Source: a virus
Taxonomy: Duplodnaviria > Heunggongvirae > Uroviricota > Caudoviricetes
Virus record (IMG/VR): IMGVR_UViG_2671180360_000003
Direction: 5' to 3' (one strand)
DNA: 5,569 nucleotides
A program made the translations under genes and the position numbers. Below, in pieces: positions 1 to 5,569 of the stretch (its first letter is position 1; each line of letters begins with the position of its first letter). The notes under the pieces were generated by a model, which saw only the letters and a program-made list of their open reading frames with translations, ran no database searches and was not told the origin of the DNA.

Positions 1-210
1 TCGATAAAGGTATTCAAGCCTGACACATTATGCGCTGTATCGTCGCCGTATTCCCGCATTAACCATGACCGTAGCCCGACGGGGAATTCCTTCTGCGTGA
101 GTGTGCGGGAATAATCAAAAACGATGCACACCGGGTTTTACTGTGCTGACAGACGCAGGGTTACCCTCATAGTCGCTTTTCCGGTGCGATGGTGGAAGAA
201 ACCGGGATGT

Positions 211-405
211 TCATCCATCATCACTTTGGATTGATGTATATGCTCTCTTTTCTGACGTTAGTCTCCGACGGCAGGCTTCAATGACCCAGGCTGAGAAATT
301 CCCAGACCCTTTTTGCTCAAGAGCGATGTTAATTTGTTCAATCATTTGGTTAGGAAAGCGGATGTTGCGGGTTGTTTTTCTGCGGGTTCTGTTCTTCGTT
401 GACAT
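211..405 (-). CDS. ylcI: Small 64-aa protein, probable DUF3950/ribbon-helix-helix-like prophage protein (YlcI-like)
   Basis: Complete ORF in the track (MSTKNRTRRKTTRNIRFPNQMIEQINIALEQKGSGNFSAWVIEACRRRLTSEKRAYTSIQSDDG). Basic N-terminus followed by an amphipathic segment, typical of small DNA-binding proteins. From memory it resembles the 64-aa YlcI protein that sits next to the Nu1 homologue in E. coli lambdoid prophages; the symbol is tentative and not checked by search. Confidence 0.5.
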   Translation of the reverse strand: MSTKNRTRRKTTRNIRFPNQMIEQINIALEQKGSGNFSAWVIEACRRRLTSEKRAYTSIQSDDG

Positions 406-569
406 GAGGTTGCCCCGTATTCAGTGTCGCTGATTTGTATTGTCTGAAGTTGTTTTTACGTTAAGTTGATGCAGATCAATTAATACGATACCTGCGTCAT
501 AATTAATTATTTGACGTGGTTTGATGGCGTAGATGCACGTTGTGACATGTAGATGATAATTATTATCAT

Positions 570-604
570 TTTGCGGGTCCTTTCCGGCGATCCGACAGGT
601 TACG
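570..604 (+). other. Right-arm terminus of the phage genome including a cosQ-equivalent region
   Basis: The sequence gcgggtcctttccggcgatccgacaggttacg immediately 5' of the cohesive-end sequence matches, from memory, the last ~30 bp of the lambda right end where cosQ lies. Exact cosQ boundaries cannot be set from sequence alone. Confidence 0.4.
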
Positions 605-622
605 GGGCGGCGACCTCGCGGG
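599..622 (+). other. cosN, terminase nicking site (12-nt cohesive end GGGCGGCGACCT at 605-616)
   Basis: Positions 601-646 read tacg|gggcggcgacct|cgcgggttttcgctatttatgaaaattttccgg, which matches the lambda right-end/left-end junction as I remember it (right end ...CGACAGGTTACG, left end GGGCGGCGACCTCGCGGGTTTTCGCTATTTATGAAAATTTTCCGG). Sits about 183 bp upstream of the small terminase start once one repeat copy is discounted, as in lambda. Confidence 0.85.
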
Positions 623-649
623 TTTTCGCTATTTATGAAAATTTTCCGG

Positions 650-756
650 GATCCATGTCCGGTTTCTCTGCAAGTTAACTATATGAAAAATATAAAAACA
701 GGCTGTCCGTGAACCGGACATGTGCAAAAAACGGACATGTAAACCGGACATGACCG
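650..756 (+). promoter_or_regulatory. cosB-like terminase small-subunit binding region: one inverted and three direct copies of an AACCGGACATG-like motif flanking an AT-rich probable bend/IHF site
   Basis: Motif copies: inverted catgtccgg at about 655-663; direct ccggacatg at 714-722, cggacatg at 732-739, ccggacatg at 744-752 (the last within the near-palindrome aaccggacatgaccggtt). AT-rich A-tract segment at 671-700 lies between the inverted and direct copies. Layout resembles lambda cosB (R3, I1, R2, R1), but the motif is not the lambda R sequence. Confidence 0.5.
671..700. promoter_or_regulatory. AT-rich putative bend / IHF-type site (I1-like) within cosB
   Basis: caagttaactatatgaaaaatataaaaaca is strongly AT-rich with A-tracts and sits between oppositely oriented motif copies. 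No clean WATCAANNNNTTR match found by eye, so this is by position only. Confidence 0.25.
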
Positions 757-983
757 GTTTTGTTGTGATTGTGAGGTGAGAGTTTTTGCGAGGTGAGGAG
801 TGGCTACGCAGACTGAAGTTGCCAGGCATTTAAGTCTGACCGATCGCCAGACATGAACAAAAAACAGACATGTAAACCGGACATGACCGGTTTTGTTGTG
901 ATTGTGAGGTGAGAGTTTTTGCGAGGTGAGGAGTGGCTACGCAGACTGAAGTTGCCAGGCATTTAAGTCTGACCGATCGCCAG
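717..983 (+). repeat. Tandem direct duplication, two copies of a ~133-bp unit (about 717-850 and 850-983)
   Basis: Read directly: 738-850 is identical to 871-983 (offset 133). The first ~21 bp of each unit differ at three positions (gacatgtgcaaaaaacggaca versus gacatgaacaaaaaacagaca). The unit contains motif copies, the SD-like gaggtgaggag and the first 17 codons of the small terminase gene. Confidence 0.9.
800..856 (+). pseudogene. Duplicated 5' fragment of the terminase small subunit gene (GTG start plus 17 codons, then TGA)
   Basis: In repeat copy 1 the same RBS and GTG as the real gene open a frame reading VATQTEVARHLSLTDRQT then stop (tga at 854-856), because the duplication junction follows the codon for Q17. 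Product of the duplication; expression unknown. Confidence 0.45.
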
Positions 984-1442
984 CTTCGCAGATTGCAGAA
1001 ATTGCCGGGTGCCCCGATATCGAATAAGCGAGGGCAACTGGATCTGGATGCCTGGCGCGATTTTTACATATCGTATCTGAGGAGAAGTAAAAACGATGTG
1101 CCTGATGGCGATAGCGAAGACGACTATGAGGAGAAATTGCTTATTGCCAGATGGGAACTGACAGCAGAACAGGCTGTTACACAGCAGTTAAAAAATGAGG
1201 TGTCAAAAGGAAAACTTATTGACACCGGGTTCTGTATTTTTGCCCTCAGTAAGCTGGCAATGGCGTTATCCAGTACGCTTGATTCCATCCCTTTATCCAT
1301 GCAGCGACAGTTTCCTGATTTAACACCGCGCCATCTTGACCATCTGAAAACCCTTATTGCGAAGGGGGCAAATCAGTGTGCGCGGGCAGGGGATAAATTA
1401 CCGGATTTACTCGATGAATATATCAGAGCAACAACTGAATAA
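933..1442 (+). CDS. Terminase small subunit (lambda gpNu1 family) with a divergent N-terminal winged-HTH DNA-binding domain
   Basis: ORF in track (169 aa). The C-terminal half (TGFCIFALSKLAMALSSTLDSIPLSMQRQFPDLTPRHLDHLK...LPDLLDEYI) aligns with lambda Nu1 as I recall it (ETAFCTFVLSRIAGEIASILDGLPLSVQRRFPELENRHVDFLK...IPGLLSEYI). The N-terminal ~50 aa differ from lambda but keep an HTH-like pattern. Start is GTG at 933; an in-frame TGA at 927-929 excludes an upstream start. The 3' end overlaps the large subunit start, as in lambda. SD spacing is short, so the start is less certain than the gene. Confidence 0.85.
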   Translation: MATQTEVARHLSLTDRQLRRLQKLPGAPISNKRGQLDLDAWRDFYISYLRRSKNDVPDGDSEDDYEEKLLIARWELTAEQAVTQQLKNEVSKGKLIDTGFCIFALSKLAMALSSTLDSIPLSMQRQFPDLTPRHLDHLKTLIAKGANQCARAGDKLPDLLDEYIRATTE

Positions 1443-3342
1443 TATGATGGCTGCCGTTTCGGTTGCGCTGCAGCCTCTGGTCAGGGTTGTACCAATGACG
1501 GCAGTTGAATGGGCTGATCAAAATTATTATCTGCCTAAAGAATCTTCATATGGTGAGGGAGAATGGAAAACGCTGCCATTCCAGATCGCCATTATGAACT
1601 GTATGGGTAACGACCAGGTTCGCACGGTTAACCTGATTAAATCTGCCCGTGTTGGCTATACAAAGATGTTGCTGGGGGTGGTCGGGTATTTTATTGAGCA
1701 TAAATCCCGAAACAGTCTGCTTTTTCAGCCCACGGATTCTGCCGCTGAAGATTTTATGAAGTCTCACGTGGAGGCGACGATTCGGAACGTGCCATGCCTG
1801 AAAGACCTTTCCCCATGGCTGGGTCGTAAACATCGTGACAATACTCTCACGCTGAAACGCTTTTCATCGGGCGTCGGTTTCTGGTGCCTGGGCGGCGCTG
1901 CCGCCAAAAACTACCGTGAAAAATCCGTGGACGTGGTCTGCTATGACGAACTTTCCTCGTTCGAGCCGGATGTCGAAAAAGAGGGCTCGCCAACCCTGCT
2001 GGGGGATAAGCGTATTGAGGGGTCGGTGTGGCCAAAATCCATTCGCGGCTCGACGCCTAAAATCAAAGGCACCTGCCAGATCGAAAAAGCCGCTAACGAG
2101 TCGGCGCATTTTATGCGTTTTTATGTGCCCTGCCCGCACTGTGGGGAGGAGCAGTATCTGAAATTTGGCGATGAGTCCACGCCTTTTGGGCTTAAATGGG
2201 AGAAGGACAGCCCTGAAAGTGTTTTCTACCTCTGTGAACATCATGGCTGCGTGATCCATCAGTCTGAGCTTGACCAGAGCAACGGGCGGTGGATCTGTGA
2301 AAACACGGGCATGTGGACCCGTGACGGCCTGATGTTTTTCAGCGCCCGGGGTGATGAAATTCCGCCGCCGCGCTCCATCATGTTCCATATCTGGACGGCG
2401 TACAGTCCGTTCACCACCTGGGTACAGATTGTCTATGACTGGCTGGATGCACTGAAAGATCCCAACGGCCTGAAAACCTTTGTGAACACCACGCTGGGCG
2501 AGACCTGGGAAGAGGCCGTGGGCGAAAAACTCGATCACCAGGTACTGATGGATAAGGTGGTGCGTTACACGGCGGCGGTGCCTGCCCGGGTGGTTTATCT
2601 GACGGCGGGCATTGACTCGCAGCGAAACCGTTTTGAGATGTATGTCTGGGGATGGGCTCCGGGAGAGGAAGCCTTTCTGGTGGATAAAATCATCATTATG
2701 GGGCGTCCTGATGAGGAAGAGACGCTGTTACGTGTGGATGCGGCGATCAACAAAAAATACCGCCATGCGGATGGCACCGAAATGACTATTTCCCGTGTCT
2801 GCTGGGACACCGGGGGGATCGATGGTGAAATTGTTTATCAGAGATCAAAAAAACACGGTGTTTTCCGGGTGCTGCCGGTAAAAGGCGCATCTGTCTATGG
2901 CAAGCCGGTGATCACCATGCCAAAAACCCGCAATCAGCGGGGCGTGTATCTGTGTGAAGTGGGAACGGATACCGCAAAAGAAATTCTCTATGCCCGTATG
3001 AAAGCCGATCCCACGCCTGCGGATGAAGCCACGTCGTATGCCATCCGTTTTCCTGATGATCCGGAGATTTTTTCGCAGACAGAGGCGCAGCAACTGGTGG
3101 CGGAAGAGCTGGTGGAGAAGTGGGAAAAAGGAAAGATGCGTCTGCTGTGGGATAACAAAAAGCGGCGTAACGAAGCGCTGGACTGCCTGGTGTATGCCTA
3201 CGCGGCATTACGTGTGTCCGTGCAACGCTGGCAGCTTGATCTGGCTGTACTGGCAAAATCCCGGGAAGAAGAGACGACCCGGCCAACCCTGAAAGAACTG
3301 GCAGCGAAGCTGTCCGGAGGAGTGAATGGTTACAGTCGCTGA
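1414..3342 (+). CDS. Terminase large subunit (lambda gpA family; ATPase plus endonuclease)
   Basis: Long ORF in track. From ATG 1414 the product begins MNISEQQLNN (lambda gpA begins MNISNSQVN) and is 642 aa against 641 for lambda. Near-identical blocks remembered from lambda gpA include AVEWADxNYYLPKES, KSARVGYxKMLLGV (Walker A region), GFWCLGGxAAKNYREKSVDV, GDKRIEGSVWPKSIRGSTPK, CPHCGEEQYLKFGD, HIWTAYSPFTTWVQIV, TFVNTTLGETWE, KGASVYGKPV and WDxKKRRNEALDC. The track start at 1357 would add 19 aa with no homology, so 1414 is preferred. Confidence 0.95.
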   Translation: MNISEQQLNNMMAAVSVALQPLVRVVPMTAVEWADQNYYLPKESSYGEGEWKTLPFQIAIMNCMGNDQVRTVNLIKSARVGYTKMLLGVVGYFIEHKSRNSLLFQPTDSAAEDFMKSHVEATIRNVPCLKDLSPWLGRKHRDNTLTLKRFSSGVGFWCLGGAAAKNYREKSVDVVCYDELSSFEPDVEKEGSPTLLGDKRIEGSVWPKSIRGSTPKIKGTCQIEKAANESAHFMRFYVPCPHCGEEQYLKFGDESTPFGLKWEKDSPESVFYLCEHHGCVIHQSELDQSNGRWICENTGMWTRDGLMFFSARGDEIPPPRSIMFHIWTAYSPFTTWVQIVYDWLDALKDPNGLKTFVNTTLGETWEEAVGEKLDHQVLMDKVVRYTAAVPARVVYLTAGIDSQRNRFEMYVWGWAPGEEAFLVDKIIIMGRPDEEETLLRVDAAINKKYRHADGTEMTISRVCWDTGGIDGEIVYQRSKKHGVFRVLPVKGASVYGKPVITMPKTRNQRGVYLCEVGTDTAKEILYARMKADPTPADEATSYAIRFPDDPEIFSQTEAQQLVAEELVEKWEKGKMRLLWDNKKRRNEALDCLVYAYAALRVSVQRWQLDLAVLAKSREEETTRPTLKELAAKLSGGVNGYSR

Positions 3343-3532
3343 ACTGCAGGCGCTGCGTCAGGCGCGCCTTGATTTATTAACCGGTAAACGGGTGGTGTCT
3401 GTCCAGAAAGATGGTCGCAGAATTGAATATACGGCGGCTTCTCTGGATGAGCTTAACCGGGCGATCAATGATGCGGAGTCGGTACTGGGGACAACCCGAC
3501 GTCGCCGTCGTCCGCTGGGAGTGAGGTTATGA
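3326..3532 (+). CDS. Head-tail joining / head completion protein (lambda gpW family)
   Basis: 68-aa ORF, same length as lambda gpW. LTGKRVVSVQKDGRRIEYTAASL resembles lambda gpW [23 protein letters not shown] as I recall it. SD ggagga at 3314-3319 precedes ATG 3326. Overlaps the end of the large terminase gene by 17 nt and the portal start by ATGA. Confidence 0.9.
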   Translation: MVTVAELQALRQARLDLLTGKRVVSVQKDGRRIEYTAASLDELNRAINDAESVLGTTRRRRRPLGVRL

Positions 3533-5115
3533 AACGAACGCCTGTCCTGATTGATGTGAACGGCGTTCCGCTTCGTGAGAGTCTCAGCTACAACGGGGGC
3601 GGCGCAGGATTTGGCGGGCAAATGGCGGAGTGGTTGCCACCGGCGCAGAGTGTCGATGCGGCCCTGCTGCCCGCGTTGCGTCTGGGGAATGCCCGGGCAG
3701 ATGATCTGGTGCGCAATAACGGAATAGCGGCTAATGCGGTGGCCCTGCATAAGGATCACATTGTCGGGCATATGTTTCTGATCAGCTACCGTCCGAACTG
3801 GCGCTGGCTGGGGATGCGGGAGACCGCAGCAAAAAGCTTTGTCGATGAGGTGGAGGCGGCCTGGTCGGAATACGCAGAAGGGATGTCTGGCGAGATCGAC
3901 GTGGAAGGAAAACGCACATTTACGGAGTTTATCCGTGAAGGTGTTGGCGTTCATGCGTTTAACGGCGAAATCTTTGTGCAGCCGGTCTGGGATACGGAAA
4001 CCACGCAGTTATTCCGTACGCGTTTTAAAGCCGTGAGTCCGAAACGGGTGGACACGCCAGGACACGGTATGGGGAACCGTTTTCTGCGGGCCGGGGTGGA
4101 GGTCGATCGATATGGCCGTGCCGTTGCGTACCATATCTGTGAGGATGATTTTCCTCGCTCCGGGAGTGGACGATGGGAACGGATCCCGCGTGAACTTCCC
4201 ACCGGGCGTCCGGCCATGCTGCATATTTTCGAGCCGGTGGAGGACGGGCAGACCCGTGGGGCTAATCAGTTTTACAGCGTCATGGAACGGCTGAAGATGC
4301 TGGATTCCCTGCAGGCAACACAGCTTCAGTCGGCCATTGTGAAAGCCATGTATGCAGCGACGATTGAAAGTGAACTTGATACCGAAAAGGCCTTTGAATA
4401 TATCGCCGGCGCGCCACAGGAGCAGAAGGATAATCCGCTTATTAATATTCTGGAGAAGTTCTCCAGCTGGTATGACACGAATAACGTGACACTGGGCGGT
4501 GTCAAAATTCCGCACCTTTTCCCTGGTGATGATCTGAAACTACAGACTGCGCAGGATTCAGACAATGGATTTTCTGCGCTTGAACAGGCGCTGCTGCGGT
4601 ATATCGCCGCCGGTCTTGGCGTTTCCTACGAACAGTTGTCCCGTGATTACTCGAAGGTCAGTTATTCAAGTGCCAGGGCCTCTGCCAATGAGTCGTGGCG
4701 CTATTTTATGGGGCGGCGAAAATTTATTGCGGCCCGGCTGGCCACGCAGATGTTTTCCTGCTGGCTGGAAGAGGCACTTCTTCGGGGGATTATCCGTCCG
4801 CCACGGGCGCGTTTTGATTTTTATCAGGCGCGATCAGCCTGGTCACGGGCAGAGTGGATTGGTGCCGGAAGAATGGCCATTGACGGGCTCAAGGAGGTTC
4901 AGGAATCGGTGATGCGCATTGAGGCCGGACTGAGCACGTATGAGAAAGAGCTGGCGCTGATGGGCGAGGATTATCAGGACATTTTCCGCCAGCAGGTCAG
5001 GGAATCTGCACAAAAAGCCGGACTCTCACGTCCGGTGTGGATAGCGCAGGCGTATGAGCAGCAGATAGCGGAGAGTCGCAGGCCGGAAGAGGAGACAACA
5101 CCACGTGAGACGTAA
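3529..5115 (+). CDS. Portal protein (lambda gpB family)
   Basis: 528-aa ORF (lambda gpB is 533 aa). Correct position after gpW in the conserved lambdoid order Nu1-A-W-B-C, with an ATGA overlap to the gpW stop. The N-terminus MKRTPVLIDVNGVPL... fits my recollection of lambda gpB. Confidence 0.93.
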   Translation: MKRTPVLIDVNGVPLRESLSYNGGGAGFGGQMAEWLPPAQSVDAALLPALRLGNARADDLVRNNGIAANAVALHKDHIVGHMFLISYRPNWRWLGMRETAAKSFVDEVEAAWSEYAEGMSGEIDVEGKRTFTEFIREGVGVHAFNGEIFVQPVWDTETTQLFRTRFKAVSPKRVDTPGHGMGNRFLRAGVEVDRYGRAVAYHICEDDFPRSGSGRWERIPRELPTGRPAMLHIFEPVEDGQTRGANQFYSVMERLKMLDSLQATQLQSAIVKAMYAATIESELDTEKAFEYIAGAPQEQKDNPLINILEKFSSWYDTNNVTLGGVKIPHLFPGDDLKLQTAQDSDNGFSALEQALLRYIAAGLGVSYEQLSRDYSKVSYSSARASANESWRYFMGRRKFIAARLATQMFSCWLEEALLRGIIRPPRARFDFYQARSAWSRAEWIGAGRMAIDGLKEVQESVMRIEAGLSTYEKELALMGEDYQDIFRQQVRESAQKAGLSRPVWIAQAYEQQIAESRRPEEETTPRET

Positions 5116-5569
5116 TCTTTCACACATTATTGCCGCAGCATTCAATGAACCGCTGCTTCTGGAGCCCGCCTATGCGCGGGTTTTCTTTTGCGCGCTCGGG
5201 CGCGAGATGGGGGCAGCAAGTCTTTCGGTACCACAACAGCAGGTACAGCTTGATGCTCCCGGAATGCTGGCTGAAACAGACGAGTACATGGCCGGAGGTA
5301 AACGACCGGCCCGTGTTTACCGGGTGGTGAACGGTATTGCGGTACTGCCGGTGACCGGCACGCTGGTGCACCGGCTGGGGGGGATGCGGCCATTTTCCGG
5401 AATGACTGGCTATGACGGCATTGTCGCCTGTCTTCAGCAGGCAATGGCAGATAGCCAGGTGCGGGGCATACTGCTGGACATTGACAGTCCGGGCGGGCAG
5501 GCCGCCGGCGCGTTTGACTGCGCTGACATGATTTACCGCCTCCGTCAGCAGAAGCCGGTCTGGGCACTG
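5105..5569 (+). CDS. Head maturation protease / scaffold (lambda gpC family, S49 ClpP-like peptidase), 5' partial, continues past the window end
   Basis: Not in the ORF track because there is no stop inside the window. Frame open from 5069 to 5569. Translation (V)RRNLSHIIAAAFNEPLLLEPAYARVFFCALG...VVNGIAVLPVTGTLV...GMTGYDGI...ILLDIDSPGGQAAGAFDCADMIYRLRQQKPVWAL parallels lambda gpC (ELRNLPHIASMAFNEPLMLEPAYARVFF...GIAVLPVSGTLV...GMTGYNGI...LLDMDTPGG..AGAFDCADII...KPVWAL). Proposed start GTG at 5105 with gaggag 12-17 nt upstream; it overlaps the last 11 nt of the portal gene. The exact start is uncertain. Confidence 0.85.
   Translation, partial: MRRNLSHIIAAAFNEPLLLEPAYARVFFCALGREMGAASLSVPQQQVQLDAPGMLAETDEYMAGGKRPARVYRVVNGIAVLPVTGTLVHRLGGMRPFSGMTGYDGIVACLQQAMADSQVRGILLDIDSPGGQAAGAFDCADMIYRLRQQKPVWAL

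Noticed and set aside
1-137. Open frames touching the left edge (+ frame open 1-114; minus frame open from about 137 to 1 with possible starts at 129 or 57)
   Set aside because: Too short and unrecognisable to call, and frames of this length arise by chance. They could be the end or start of a neighbouring accessory gene, but the sequence cannot decide.
629-829. 66-aa minus-strand ORF spanning cosN and the cosB motifs
   Set aside because: It overlaps the cohesive-end site and the motif array, has no recognisable RBS or homology, and its sequence is low complexity. Most likely a chance open frame in a cis-acting region.
1357-1413. Upstream ATG extension of the large terminase ORF suggested by the track
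   Set aside because: The extra 19 aa (MRRGQISVRGQGINYRIYS) have no counterpart in lambda gpA, whereas the ATG at 1414 gives an N-terminus MNISEQQ matching lambda MNISNSQ. The extension would also overlap 86 nt of the small terminase gene.
1546-3292. Several ORFs inside the large terminase gene (minus strand 1546-1833, 1847-2035, 1864-2538, 2595-2810, 2845-3093, 2912-3286; plus strand in other frames 1916-2161, 3023-3292)
   Set aside because: All lie within a strongly supported, homology-backed coding region. Their products are Arg/Pro-rich and low complexity, typical of antisense or off-frame readings of GC-rich genes.
3358-5115. Minus-strand and off-frame ORFs inside the gpW/portal region (3358-3954, 3839-4036, 3951-4217, 4009-4515, 4112-4294, 4326-4565, 4565-4912)
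   Set aside because: Embedded in the portal gene with no RBS context or recognisable domains; considered spurious.
5120-5567. ORFs at 5120-5371 (-), 5130-5330 (+, other frame) and 5142-5567 (-) over the gpC region
   Set aside because: The + strand gpC frame is strongly supported by homology. These alternatives are Arg/Pro/Ala-rich artefacts.
1-5569. Search for a novel defence or accessory system (CRISPR repeats, toxin-antitoxin pairs, retron-like ncRNA, restriction-modification, integrase or transposase)
   Set aside because: No periodic short repeats with spacers, no tRNA-like or structured ncRNA candidates, and nearly all coding capacity is taken by the conserved packaging/head genes. The only unusual structure is the tandem duplication at cosB.

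Overview
This window is the cos junction and DNA-packaging/head-morphogenesis module of a lambda-like (lambdoid) phage or prophage, read left to right on the + strand: end of the right arm, cosQ-like region, cosN (the 12-nt cohesive-end sequence GGGCGGCGACCT at 605-616), a cosB-like array of CCGGACATG motifs, terminase small subunit (Nu1-like, 933-1442), terminase large subunit (gpA-like, 1414-3342), head-tail joining protein (gpW-like, 3326-3532), portal protein (gpB-like, 3529-5115) and the 5' part of the head protease/scaffold gene (gpC-like, from 5105, running off the window). A 64-aa gene on the opposite strand (211-405) lies just left of cos. Homology statements are from my recollection of lambda protein and cos sequences, not from a database search. 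The main anomaly is a tandem direct duplication of about 133 bp (about 717-850 and 850-983) that copies part of the cosB motif array, the ribosome-binding site and the first 17 codons of the small terminase gene. Also notable: cosN looks identical to lambda, but the small terminase N-terminal DNA-binding domain and its presumptive binding motifs differ from lambda. I see no CRISPR array, tRNA/rRNA, transposase, integrase or recognisable defence system; apart from the duplication this is a conventional, tightly packed late operon. The long minus-strand ORFs in the track are antisense artefacts of the GC-rich structural genes.
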